Shown: one piece after another, positions 20,032 to 29,129 of the stretch
Position numbering within the stretch: position 1 is the first letter of the stretch
Layout of the letters: every line of letters begins with the position of its first letter
Assembly: GCA_039630085.1 (NCBI GenBank)
Contig: JBCNVM010000004.1
Span: forward strand, 1-64,000
DNA from: Candidatus Caldarchaeales archaeon
Lineage (GTDB): Archaea > Thermoproteota > Nitrososphaeria_A > Caldarchaeales > Calditenuaceae
Length of the DNA: 64,000 bases
Reading direction: 5' to 3'
Program-made: the position numbers and the translations under genes
The notes under the pieces: generated by a model
Told to the model about the DNA's origin: nothing
Database searches by the model: none
The model's input: the letters and a program-made list of their open reading frames with translations, nothing else

Positions 20032-20390
20032 AGGAGCGGGAGCGAACCGGTCACCCTGTCGATCAGCTCCGAGGGCGCGGGCCCAAGCCCGAGGGCCGTC
20101 GTGGTCCCGGGCTCGAGCTCCGTGAGCCCCGCGTCCTCGATAAGGGCCGCGGGTATCCCCAGCGCCTCCGCCTTCCGCTTCAGGCCCAGCAGATCATCGA
20201 GGCTCCCGACCTTCAGGACGACCTTCTTCTGGCCGGACGCGAGCCACCTCTCCGCCCACTCCGGCCTCGACCTCCTCGCCTCCAGGAACGCTGATACCGC
20301 GGCGTGCCCCGCTTGGGCCGCGAGCTTACCGACGCTCATCCTGATGTCAGTCCGGATGACGATCGCTTGCTTCAGCTCGCTCAAGGCCAA
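20028..20390 (-). CDS. pth: Peptidyl-tRNA hydrolase Pth2
   Basis: [27 protein letters not shown]. Confidence 0.95.
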   Translation of the reverse strand: MALSELKQAIVIRTDIRMSVGKLAAQAGHAAVSAFLEARRSRPEWAERWLASGQKKVVLKVGSLDDLLGLKRKAEALGIPAALIEDAGLTELEPGTTTALGLGPAPSELIDRVTGSLPLL

Positions 20391-21271
20391 GACCTCCCGC
20401 TCCCGAGGCTCGCGGGCCTGTTGTTCAGCCCGACCACCATCACCTCGCCGTAATCCGAGAGGGCGTCGGAGACGGCGTCGGAGTCCGACCTGCTGACCAG
20501 TGCGGCCATCGCGGGTCCGGTCCCCGAGATCGAGCAGGAGCGCGCCCCTCGCCTCATCGCCTCCGCGAGGAACTCGGCGCCGTATCCGAGGGCCGCCGAC
20601 ATCGCGAGTCCGTTGACGGTCATGGCCCCGAAGAGGTCGCCGCGCAGGGCTAGGTCGAAGGCCGCATCGAACGCGGGCCTAAACGGGTCGAGGATCTCGC
20701 GTCTGAACTCGGAGGTGTAGGTCCTCCTGCCCTTCGGGACCGAGACGACCGCCACGATGTCGCCACCGACCCCCTCCCTCCTGAGGAGCGCCTTGGCCGC
20801 GTTGTCGGTCACCACGAACCCTCCCATGAAGCAGGCCGCCGCGTCGTCGGCAGCGCCGGTCACCGACGTCCCCGACCTCAGCGATGCCTCCGCGATCAGC
20901 CTCAGGGCCTCTTCGGGAGCGGGCAGCACCCCCAACGCGTCGAAGAGCGCGAACGCGACCGCCGAGGCCGCGGCGCTCGAGCTCTTCAGCCCCACCGCTA
21001 CCGGGACCTCTGAGATTACATCGACCTCACAGCCTACCCCCCTCGTCCCCGCCCAGTCCAGAACCACTTCGACCGTAGCCCTGACGACCCTGTCGTCCCC
21101 GACCCGACCCACGTCCAGGAACCTCACCCCCGACTCGCCCTCAATCAGCCTAACCCGTGCCCGCGTCCTCAGCCCGATCCCGAGCGCCGCTCCCCTCCCG
21201 GTCGGTATCGCGTTGACCACCGTCACCGCCCCTCCCACGACCGCCTCGCCTTCAAGCACCATTTCCGGCAT
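20381..21271 (-). CDS. aroK: Archaeal shikimate kinase (GHMP family)
   Basis: [25 protein letters not shown]; start at ATG 21271 or 21262, not 21535. Confidence 0.9.
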   Translation of the reverse strand: MPEMVLEGEAVVGGAVTVVNAIPTGRGAALGIGLRTRARVRLIEGESGVRFLDVGRVGDDRVVRATVEVVLDWAGTRGVGCEVDVISEVPVAVGLKSSSAAASAVAFALFDALGVLPAPEEALRLIAEASLRSGTSVTGAADDAAACFMGGFVVTDNAAKALLRREGVGGDIVAVVSVPKGRRTYTSEFRREILDPFRPAFDAAFDLALRGDLFGAMTVNGLAMSAALGYGAEFLAEAMRRGARSCSISGTGPAMAALVSRSDSDAVSDALSDYGEVMVVGLNNRPASLGSGRSWP

Positions 21272-21327
21272 GCTCCCGGGGACCTTCAGGGCTTTATGGT
21301 TCAAGAGCACCATCGGTCCACCACACG

Positions 21328-21335
21328 TTTTTATC
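21328..21335 (+). promoter_or_regulatory. TATA-like box of the asd-aro operon
   Basis: TTTTTATC. The same TTTATC core lies 28-31 nt before the start codons of priS, MFS, eif2b, leuC and the spermidine synthase, so TSS is inferred at about 21359. Confidence 0.65.
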
Positions 21336-21358
21336 GTGGTCGTTTCGCGGTGGTGCGA

Positions 21359-21494
21359 GCGGAGGGGGTAGGTGTGGTCCTGAGCTCGGTGAACGCGTTC
21401 TGGTTCACGACCTACCCCTACTTCTACTTCGGGAACTGAGGATGAAGGAACCCACGCCCGCCCCCTCCGCCTCCGTCTCCGGGGTGATCCGTGT
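21359..21494 (+). promoter_or_regulatory. Candidate translational attenuator leader of the aromatic amino acid operon
   Basis: Perfect complements 21365-21373/21410-21418 and 21359-21368/21461-21470 share one strand; 21459-21464 can pair with the asd SD at 21481-21486. Confidence 0.65.
21374..21439 (+). CDS. Phe/Tyr/Trp-rich leader peptide (MVLSSVNAFWFTTYPYFYFGN)
   Basis: GGAGGGGG SD 5 nt before GTG; 4 Phe, 3 Tyr and 1 Trp codons clustered; directly upstream of the chorismate operon. Confidence 0.75.
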   Translation: MVLSSVNAFWFTTYPYFYFGN

Positions 21495-22547
21495 TTGGCT
21501 AGGTTGAAGGTGGGAGTTCTGGGAGCGACGGGCATGGTCGGGCAGATCTACCTGAGGATGCTGGACAGGCACCCGTGGTTCGAAGTCTCCTCGGTCTCAG
21601 GAAACACCACGGTCGGGAAGAGTCTGGCAGAGGCCTATGGCGGGAAGGGCGAGGTGCCCGAGCGGCTAAGAGACCTCGAGGTGCTGCCCTCCGACCCGAG
21701 GAAGTTCGACGTCGACTTCGTCTTCAGCTGTCTCCCGACAGAGGCGGCGAGGTCCGTCGAGCCGGAGTTCGCGAGGGCCGGCTTCCCGGTCTTCTCCGAC
21801 GCCTCGGCCCACAGGTATCAGGAGGACGTGCCCCTGATGGTCCCCGAGGTCAACCCCGACCACCTCGACCTGATCGAGGTCCAGCGGAGGAGAAGGGGAT
21901 GGGACGGCTTCATCGTGACGACGCCCAACTGCACGACCCTGACCTTCGTCCTCCCCCTTAAGCCGCTGGTCGACGCGTTCGGCGTGAAGCACGTGGACGT
22001 CGTGACGATGCAGTCCGTCTCGGGGGCCGGTTACAACGGCGTACCCTCGATGGCGATCCTCGGGAACATAATCCCTTACATCAAAGGAGAGGAGGAGAAG
22101 GTCTCGTCGGAGCCCAAGAAGATACTCGGGAGGCTCTCGGACGGGAGGATCGAGCCCGCGAGGTTCGAGGTCGACGCCACCTGCACGCGGGTCCCGACGC
22201 TGGTCGGCCACCTCGCCTCCGTCTCGGTCGAGCTCGAGAGGGACTTCAGGTTCGAGGAGGTGGTCGAGGCGCTGAGCTCGTTCGAGGGCCTCCCGCAGAG
22301 GTTGGAGCTCCCGACGGCTCCCCGCAGGCCGATTGTGGTGGCGAGCGAGCCCGACAGGCCCCAGCCGAGGCTCGACGCGGAGGCGGGCGACGTCAGAGGC
22401 ATGCCGGTCTTCGTCGGAAGGATGAGGAGAGGTGCGAGGGAGAGAACGGTCAGGTTCGTCTCGCTGAGCAACAACCTCGTCAGGGGAGCCGCGGGTATCG
22501 CGATCCTCACGGCGGAGCTCGCCCACGCGACGGGGAGGCTGAGGTGA
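21495..22547 (+). CDS. asd: Aspartate-semialdehyde dehydrogenase (archaeal type)
   Basis: GATGMVG, VPEVN, PNCTT, QSVSGAG, CTRVP, NLVRGAAG; TTG start with GGGGTGA SD. Confidence 0.95.
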   Translation: MARLKVGVLGATGMVGQIYLRMLDRHPWFEVSSVSGNTTVGKSLAEAYGGKGEVPERLRDLEVLPSDPRKFDVDFVFSCLPTEAARSVEPEFARAGFPVFSDASAHRYQEDVPLMVPEVNPDHLDLIEVQRRRRGWDGFIVTTPNCTTLTFVLPLKPLVDAFGVKHVDVVTMQSVSGAGYNGVPSMAILGNIIPYIKGEEEKVSSEPKKILGRLSDGRIEPARFEVDATCTRVPTLVGHLASVSVELERDFRFEEVVEALSSFEGLPQRLELPTAPRRPIVVASEPDRPQPRLDAEAGDVRGMPVFVGRMRRGARERTVRFVSLSNNLVRGAAGIAILTAELAHATGRLR

Positions 22548-22548
22548 A

Positions 22549-23334
22549 GTGGTCTCCGGGAAGCAGGTCAGGCTCTCGAGGATCACCGAGTCCGGGAGGA
22601 TGCTCTGCGTGCCGATGGACCACGCGGTCTCGACGGGACCGGTGAAGGGCCTCGACAGGATCTACTCGACGATCGAGGAGGTCGAGCTGGGAGGAGCGAC
22701 CGCGGTCCTAACCCACAAGGGGATCCTGAAGCACATGCCGAGGCCCCCGAGGGTCGGTTACATCGTCCACCTCTCAGGGAGCACCTCCTTAGGCCCCGAC
22801 CCGAACTGGAAGGTCCTCGTAGGGGAGGTCGTGAACGCGATCAGGCTGGGAGCGGACGCGGTCTCCGTGCACGTCAACGTCGGCAGCAGGGCTGAGCCCC
22901 ACATGCTCGAGAAGCTCGGGAGGGTCGCGGACGAGTGCGAAGGATACGGGATCCCGTTGATCGCGATGATGTACCCGAGGGGAGAGAACGTCAAGGACCC
23001 AAACGACCCGAGGGTCCTCGCCCACGTCGCGAGGGTCGGTGCCGAGCTGGGCGCGGACGTCGTGAAGGTTCCCTACACTGGCTCTCCAGAGACCTTCAGA
23101 GAGGTGGTCGAGTCGTGCCCGGCCCCCCTAGTGATGGCGGGAGGCCCGAAGTCCGGGAGCGAGTTGGACGTCCTTGAGATGGCCTACGGCGCGATGAAGG
23201 CCGGCGCGATGGGGGTCACGATAGGCAGGAACGTCTTCATGCACGACAGGCCGAGGTCGGTCGTCGCGGCCCTCCGGAGGATCGTGATCGAGGGCAGGAC
23301 CGTCGAGGAGGCGCTCAGGGTTGTCCGGGGGTAG
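22549..23334 (+). CDS. aroA': 2-amino-3,7-dideoxy-D-threo-hept-6-ulosonate synthase (class I aldolase family)
   Basis: PMDH, THKG, HLSGST, MMYPRG, GADVVK, AGGPK; sits between asd and DHQ synthase II. Confidence 0.88.
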   Translation: MVSGKQVRLSRITESGRMLCVPMDHAVSTGPVKGLDRIYSTIEEVELGGATAVLTHKGILKHMPRPPRVGYIVHLSGSTSLGPDPNWKVLVGEVVNAIRLGADAVSVHVNVGSRAEPHMLEKLGRVADECEGYGIPLIAMMYPRGENVKDPNDPRVLAHVARVGAELGADVVKVPYTGSPETFREVVESCPAPLVMAGGPKSGSELDVLEMAYGAMKAGAMGVTIGRNVFMHDRPRSVVAALRRIVIEGRTVEEALRVVRG

Positions 23335-24310
23335 GACGAAGGAGCTGGTGGTCGAGGCCGGGTCGGAGCTCGAGGCGAGGGAGGCGCTCGAGCTGGGCGC
23401 CGACGCGGTCCTCCTCCTTGACGCGAGCTCACGGGGAATCGAAGCTAGGTCGTACGTCCCTGGAAGGAACCTGAGGGTCGCCAGGATCAGGGACCAGTCG
23501 GACGTCGAGGAGCTGAGGTCGCTTGAGGGTTCGGGCCTCGAGGCAGTCCTTGTAGAGCCAGAAGACCTCAAGGTGATCGCGCTGGAGAACGTCATCGCGG
23601 CCCTGCAGGGCTCCGGATTAAAGGTCCTCGCGAGGGCGAGGTCGCTCCAGGAGGTCGAGCTGGTTGCGGGGGCGCTGGAGTCGGGCGTCGACGGCGTCGT
23701 TGTCGGGATGGAGCTGCTCAAAGAACTCAGGGTGATCAGGGACCTCCTCTCAACCCCGCAGAGGCTCGAGCTGAAGGAGGCCGAGGTCAGGGAGGTCGTC
23801 GGGCTAGGACTCGGCGAGAGGGCCTGCGTCGACACGACCTCGATCCTCAGAGTCGGCGAGGGGATGCTCGTCGGGAACATGTCACGGATGCTCTTCCTCG
23901 TCCACAGCGAGTCCGTCGGGAGCAGGCTCACCCCGCCAAGGCCCTTCAGGGTCAACGCGGGCTCAGTCCACTGCTACGTCCTTGCCCCCGGCGGGAGGAC
24001 AAACTACCTCTCGGAGCTGAGGTCGGGGAGCAGGGTCCTCGCGGTCTCGAGGGACGGCAGGTGCAGGGTCGTCTCGGTGGGAAGGGTGAAGGTGGAGAGG
24101 AGGCCGCTCGCGAACGTCGTCGCCGAGGTCGACGGGCTGACCGGCTCGGTGGCGCTCCAGGCCGCTGAGACCATCAGGCTCGTCTCGCCCGACGGCGAGC
24201 TCCTCGACGTGACCTCGGTCTCGGGAGGAGACCGGGTTCTGGTCTGGACCTCCGGCGCTGCCGCCCGGCACATGGGACTGGCGGTCGACGAGTTCATCGA
24301 GGAGGTCTGA
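23321..24310 (+). CDS. aroB': 3-dehydroquinate synthase II
   Basis: RACVDT, GEGMLVG, RPFRVNAG, YLSEL, QAAETIRL, RHMG. Confidence 0.92.
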   Translation: MSGGRTKELVVEAGSELEAREALELGADAVLLLDASSRGIEARSYVPGRNLRVARIRDQSDVEELRSLEGSGLEAVLVEPEDLKVIALENVIAALQGSGLKVLARARSLQEVELVAGALESGVDGVVVGMELLKELRVIRDLLSTPQRLELKEAEVREVVGLGLGERACVDTTSILRVGEGMLVGNMSRMLFLVHSESVGSRLTPPRPFRVNAGSVHCYVLAPGGRTNYLSELRSGSRVLAVSRDGRCRVVSVGRVKVERRPLANVVAEVDGLTGSVALQAAETIRLVSPDGELLDVTSVSGGDRVLVWTSGAAARHMGLAVDEFIEEV

Positions 24311-24312
24311 AC

Positions 24313-25035
24313 TTGGGGCCCTTCAGGGTCTGCGCGAGCCTCATGTCCGAGACCGTCGAGGGCTTCGAGGTCCTTGCGAGGGAAGCGCTGGACGAAGGCG
24401 CCGACCTGATCGAGCTCAGGCTCGACGCGCTCACAACACCTGACCTCGCCGCGTCCGCCGTGAGGGGAGCGAAGGACCTTGGGGCTACCGTGATCGCCAC
24501 CGTCAGGTCGAGAGAGGAAGGCGGTCGCTACAGCGCGGGGCCGAAGAAGCTCGTCGAGGTCTTGAAGGCGGTCTCCGGGCACGCCGACCTCGTGGACTTG
24601 GACAGGGCCTCGCTCGAGCTCCGCGAGGTCAGGTCGCTCGCGTCCGAGCTGGGGGAGGACAGGGTGCTCGCGTCTGCGCACCTCGGGCCCGGAGATCCGG
24701 GCGTCCAGGAACTCGTCCAAGTCGCGGAGGCGCTCAGTTCCTACGGTTACCTCGTGAAGCTGGTCACCTCGCCGGTCACAGCCGCCGGGGCCGCTTCAAC
24801 TCTCGGCCTTTTCAGGGAGGTCGGGTGGTCGAGGGGGAGGCTCGTCGCATTCTCGGTCGGCGAGAGGTGGAGCCTGACCAGACCGCTCTCGCTCGTCCTC
24901 GGCGCGCCCTTCACCTACGCGGCTCTGAAGGGGAGGGAGGTGGCGCCCGGACAGCTAAGCGTACGGGAGACGAAGCTCCTCGCGGAGATCTTCAGCAGGG
25001 TGATGGCCCTTGCCCCTGCTCGGGCTGATCGGTGA
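24313..25035 (+). CDS. aroD: Type I 3-dehydroquinate dehydratase
   Basis: IELRLD, TVRSREEGG, VKLV, APGQ. Confidence 0.85.
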   Translation: MGPFRVCASLMSETVEGFEVLAREALDEGADLIELRLDALTTPDLAASAVRGAKDLGATVIATVRSREEGGRYSAGPKKLVEVLKAVSGHADLVDLDRASLELREVRSLASELGEDRVLASAHLGPGDPGVQELVQVAEALSSYGYLVKLVTSPVTAAGAASTLGLFREVGWSRGRLVAFSVGERWSLTRPLSLVLGAPFTYAALKGREVAPGQLSVRETKLLAEIFSRVMALAPARADR

Positions 25036-25864
25036 CCCGGTCTCGCACTCGATATCGCCGCTGATCCACACGCTGACCGCTAGGTCGCTGGGGCTCGACC
25101 TCAGTTACGTTACGGTTCACGTCAGGTCACCAGGCGCGGTCGGGCCGGTGATGAGGGCCCTTCACGACCTAGGCTTCGCGGGGCTGAACGTGACGATCCC
25201 CCATAAGGAGGAGGCGGCGAGGCACGCGGTCAGGCTGACCGGGGACTCGGCGCTGATCGGGGCCGTTAACGCCCTCAGGAGGTCGGACGGCGGCTGGGAG
25301 GGTCACAACACCGACTACGTTGCGATCAGGGACGCAGTCGCAGAGAGACGGGTCGGGAGCGGGTTCGAAGCCCTCGTCTTGGGGGCCGGGGGATCTGCGA
25401 GGGCCGCGGTCGCAGCTCTGGTTGCGCTCGGGGCCGGGTCAGTCGCGGTCGCGAACAGGACGCTCGCTAGGGCCCAGGAGTTGGTCGAGAGGCTCGGAGC
25501 TTTCGGCGGGTCGAGGCTCGCGGCGCTGCCGCTCGAGAGGGCCCGTGAAGCCGCGAGGAGGTCGGACGTCGTCGTCAACACGATACCCGTGGGCCTAATT
25601 GGCGGCGCTGAGCTCCCGATCGAGCCCGAGGACCTCAGGGAGGGCGCGCTGCTCGTCGACCTCGTCTACGGGCCTGAGGGCTCACCGACGGCCCGTCTGG
25701 CCTCAGCGAGGGGTCTCGAGCTGGTCGACGGTGTGGAGGTGCTCGCGAGGCAGGCGGCAGCGTCCTTCAGGCTATGGACGGGGATAGAGGTCGGGTACAA
25801 ATCGATGGAGGCGATCGGGAGGTTCGCGCTGAGGAGGTCGGTCGGATGGGAGCGGTCGCGCTGA
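25010..25864 (+). CDS. aroE: Shikimate dehydrogenase
   Basis: HSISPLIH, NVTIPHK, GAVN, HNTD, GAGGSARA. Confidence 0.93.
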   Translation: MPLLGLIGDPVSHSISPLIHTLTARSLGLDLSYVTVHVRSPGAVGPVMRALHDLGFAGLNVTIPHKEEAARHAVRLTGDSALIGAVNALRRSDGGWEGHNTDYVAIRDAVAERRVGSGFEALVLGAGGSARAAVAALVALGAGSVAVANRTLARAQELVERLGAFGGSRLAALPLERAREAARRSDVVVNTIPVGLIGGAELPIEPEDLREGALLVDLVYGPEGSPTARLASARGLELVDGVEVLARQAAASFRLWTGIEVGYKSMEAIGRFALRRSVGWERSR

Positions 25865-27126
25865 GGCCGAAGCGGAGCATCGGAGGGGAGGTCAGGGCTC
25901 CCCCCTCCAAGAGCTACACCCACAGGGCGGTCTTCCTGGCCTCGCTCGCTGAGGGCGAGAGCGTCGTCTACAACCCGCTAATCTCGAGGGACACGAGGGC
26001 GACAATCGAGGCCGTGAGGACGTTCGGCGCCGACGTTGAGCTCCTAGGGGATGCAGTTGTCATCGAGGGAGGCTGGCCCAGAGTCCCCCAGGACGTGATC
26101 GACGCGATGAACTCCGGGACGACGCTGCGGATCGCGACGGCAGTGGCGGCCCTTGTTCACGGAGGCTATTCGGTCCTCACAGGAGACGAGAGCCTGAGGA
26201 AGAGGCCTATGCAGCCGCTCTTGGACGCGCTGAACCAGCTCGGCGTCGAGGCCTGGTCGACGAGGGGGAACGGCCGCGCTCCGGTGGTCGTGAAGGGGAA
26301 GGGGACGCTGGGAGGTCGGTGCAGCCTCAGGGGCGACGTCAGCAGCCAGTTCGTCTCGGCGCTGGCGATCGCGGGCTCCGCGTGCGAGGAGGTGACTGAA
26401 GTCGATGTCGTCGGGGAGCTGGTCTCGAGGCCCTACGTCGCGGCGACGCTCGAGACCATCAGAGCCTTCGGGGGCGGGGCCGAGTTCGACGGCGAGCGGC
26501 TGGTGGCCGGCGGTCGCACGATAAGGCGGAGCAGGTTCACCGTCCCCGGCGACTACGGACTTGCAGCGTTCGTGCTGGTGCTGCCTGTCCTCCTCGGCGG
26601 TTACGTTAGAGTCACGGGTCTGGACCCTGCTCTGCCTCAAGCCGACTCCGCGATCGTGGAGATACTGGAGGCCATGGGCGCGAGCGTGAGGCGGGGCGAG
26701 GACTACGTGGAGACTATGGGGTCGACCCTCGAGGGCATCGAGGTTGACCTCAGGGACTCGCCGGACCTCCTCCCGGTCGTCGCGGTGCTGGGCTTCTTCG
26801 CCGACGGGAGGACCGTCGTGAGGGGCGTGAGGCACGCGAGGTTCAAGGAGAGCGACAGGGTCTCGGTCCTCGCGGCCGAGCTGGCGAGGGCGGGCGCGGT
26901 CGTCCAGGAGTTCGAGGACGGGCTCTCGGTCTCGCCAGGGACCGTGAACGATGTCGTCCTCGACCCGCGCGAAGACCACAGACTCTTCATGGCGTTCGCC
27001 GTCCTCTCCGCGGCCACGCACGGAAGGGTGAAGACGCTCGGGGTCGGCTCCGTCGACGTCTCCTACCCCGACTTCCTGAAGGACGTCTCAGGCATCGGGC
27101 TCGAGGTGGTGGAGGTTGGCCGGTAA
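25846..27126 (+). CDS. aroA: EPSP synthase
   Basis: PPSKSYTHR, NSGTTLR, SSQFVS, KESDR, DHR; ATG 25846 follows GAGGAGG. Confidence 0.95.
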   Translation: MGAVALRPKRSIGGEVRAPPSKSYTHRAVFLASLAEGESVVYNPLISRDTRATIEAVRTFGADVELLGDAVVIEGGWPRVPQDVIDAMNSGTTLRIATAVAALVHGGYSVLTGDESLRKRPMQPLLDALNQLGVEAWSTRGNGRAPVVVKGKGTLGGRCSLRGDVSSQFVSALAIAGSACEEVTEVDVVGELVSRPYVAATLETIRAFGGGAEFDGERLVAGGRTIRRSRFTVPGDYGLAAFVLVLPVLLGGYVRVTGLDPALPQADSAIVEILEAMGASVRRGEDYVETMGSTLEGIEVDLRDSPDLLPVVAVLGFFADGRTVVRGVRHARFKESDRVSVLAAELARAGAVVQEFEDGLSVSPGTVNDVVLDPREDHRLFMAFAVLSAATHGRVKTLGVGSVDVSYPDFLKDVSGIGLEVVEVGR

Positions 27127-28261
27127 CTCGATCGGCGAGAGGTTCGTGGTGACCAGCTTCGGCGAGAGCCACGGCAGATGCGTGGGCGTCGTGATCGACG
27201 GCTGCCCCGCCGGACTTCCCCTCTCGGGGGAGGACGTCCAGCCCCTTCTTGACCTGAGGAGACCGGGTCAGTCGCTCGTCGCGAGCCAACGGAGGGAGGA
27301 GGACAGGGTCGAGATCCTCAGCGGTGTCTTCAACGGCTTCACCACCGGGGCTCCGATCGCGATGGTCGTCTGGAACAGGGACGTCGACTCGAGGAGCTAC
27401 GAGAGATTGCTCGAGACACCGAGGCCCGGGCACGCCGACTACTTCGCGAGGGTCAAGTACGGCGGGTTCAACGACTGGCGCGGAGGCGGGAGGTTCTCTG
27501 GAAGGATAACCGCGGGGTTCGTGATGGCGGGCGCGGTCGCGATGAAGCTCCTGAAGGTGACTCTGGGCGTCGAGGTGCTCGCCTACGTGAAGAGGATCGA
27601 CGGCGTCGAGGCCAGTGAGCTCGCCGTTGACGCGATCAGGGCCAAGAGGTACTCCAACGACGTCAGGTGCCCCGACGAGGAGGCCGCAGAGCGGATGAGG
27701 CAGGTCGTGTTGGAGGCTAGGAGGTCCGGGGACAGCGTAGGCAGCCTCGTGGAGTGCCTAGCCCTCAACGTGCCCTTGGGCCTCGGCGAGCCGGTCTTCT
27801 CGTCCCTCGACTCGGACCTCGCGAGGGCCCTCTTCTCGGTACCGGCGGTCAAGGGCGTCGAGTTCGGCGCGGGCTTCGGCGTGGTGGGCTCTAGGGGCTC
27901 CCTGAACAACGACCCCCTCGGGTTCGTCGACGGCAGGGTGACATCGCTGACCAACAACGCGGGCGGTATTGTCGGAGGGCTCTCGACTGGCAGGGAGATC
28001 GTGGTGAGGGTCGCGTTTAAGCCGCCTGCCTCGATCGCGCTCCCCCAGCGCACCCTGAACCTCCGAACGATGTCCCAGGAGGAGGTCGTGGTAACGGGGA
28101 GGCACGACCCGGTGATAGGGCCGAGGGCCGTCCCGGTCGTCGAGTCTGTGGTAGCGATAGTCTTGGCTGACCACGCGATCAGGGCGGGCTTAGTGCCTCC
28201 CGTGCTGAGGACGGGTAAAGACGAGGCTCTCGGTAGCAGTGGTGAGGTGACGCGGGCGTGA
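27116..28261 (+). CDS. aroC: Chorismate synthase
   Basis: FGESHG, PRPGHAD, GGGRFSGR, NNAGGIVGG, GRHDP. Confidence 0.96.
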   Translation: MAGNSIGERFVVTSFGESHGRCVGVVIDGCPAGLPLSGEDVQPLLDLRRPGQSLVASQRREEDRVEILSGVFNGFTTGAPIAMVVWNRDVDSRSYERLLETPRPGHADYFARVKYGGFNDWRGGGRFSGRITAGFVMAGAVAMKLLKVTLGVEVLAYVKRIDGVEASELAVDAIRAKRYSNDVRCPDEEAAERMRQVVLEARRSGDSVGSLVECLALNVPLGLGEPVFSSLDSDLARALFSVPAVKGVEFGAGFGVVGSRGSLNNDPLGFVDGRVTSLTNNAGGIVGGLSTGREIVVRVAFKPPASIALPQRTLNLRTMSQEEVVVTGRHDPVIGPRAVPVVESVVAIVLADHAIRAGLVPPVLRTGKDEALGSSGEVTRA

Positions 28262-29061
28262 AGGTCGTCGTGAAGGCGGGCGGAAGGGCGCTCCTCGGGA
28301 ACCTCGCGGGGATCGCGGAGAGCATCGCGAGGCGCTCCGGCCCGCACCGGATCGTCTTCGTCCACGGGGGCGGAGACGTGGTCAGCGAGTACTCCAAGCG
28401 GATGGGGATCGAGCCGAAGTTCGTGACTTCGCCGCAGGGTATCAGGAGCAGGTACACGGACCTCCAGGAGCTCGAGGTCTACGTCATGGTGATGGCGGGG
28501 AAGCTGAACAAGGAGATCGTCGCGGCCCTTAGAAGGCTCGGCGTGCGGGCGGTGGGGATCTCCGGGGCCGACGGCGGCCTGCTCACCGCCGAGAGGAAGA
28601 AGAGGATCGTCGTTGTCGACGAGCGGGGGAGGAAGCGGGTCATCGAGGGCGGGTACACTGGGATGATCACCTCGGTCTCGCCCCAGCTCCTCGAGCTCCT
28701 CACGTCGAGCGGGTTCACGGTCGTGGTCGCGCCGATCGCCGTCAGCGAGGACGGGGAGCTCCTGAACGTCGACGGAGACCAGGCAGCTGCCTCGATCGCG
28801 AAGGCGACCTCGGCGGACGCCCTCGTGCTGCTCAGCGACGTGGAAGGAGTCCTCGTGGAGGGAGAAGTCGTCGGGAGGCTGACGCCTCAGGAGGCGGTCG
28901 AGCTGTCGCAGCGGATCGGCCCTGGGATGAACCGGAAGCTTATGCTGGCCGGCGAGGCCGTCTCCTCCGGCGTCAAGTTGGCCATAATCTCCAACGGGCT
29001 CGCGGAGGACCCGCTCAAGGTCCTAGAGGAGCCGAGGGGGACGGTGGTAGCGCCGCCGTAA
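28258..29061 (+). CDS. lysZ: [LysW]-aminoadipate/glutamate kinase
   Basis: VHGGG, SPQGIRSRYTD, GGYTG, NVDGD, GMNRKL. Confidence 0.88.
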   Translation: MKVVVKAGGRALLGNLAGIAESIARRSGPHRIVFVHGGGDVVSEYSKRMGIEPKFVTSPQGIRSRYTDLQELEVYVMVMAGKLNKEIVAALRRLGVRAVGISGADGGLLTAERKKRIVVVDERGRKRVIEGGYTGMITSVSPQLLELLTSSGFTVVVAPIAVSEDGELLNVDGDQAAASIAKATSADALVLLSDVEGVLVEGEVVGRLTPQEAVELSQRIGPGMNRKLMLAGEAVSSGVKLAIISNGLAEDPLKVLEEPRGTVVAPP

Positions 29062-29129
29062 TCCGGACACGATCAGGCGCGGTCGGAGTTCGGGATCCGG
29101 TTTTATCGCAGCCGGAGAGTGGAGCCGCG

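Noticed and set aside
21440-21494. Intrinsic terminator in the aro leader
   Set aside because: No U-tract; the segment is C-rich, fitting an anti-SD role instead
21272-21535. N-terminal extension of aroK
   Set aside because: Antisense to the leader and asd start, low complexity; kinase motifs begin after 21271
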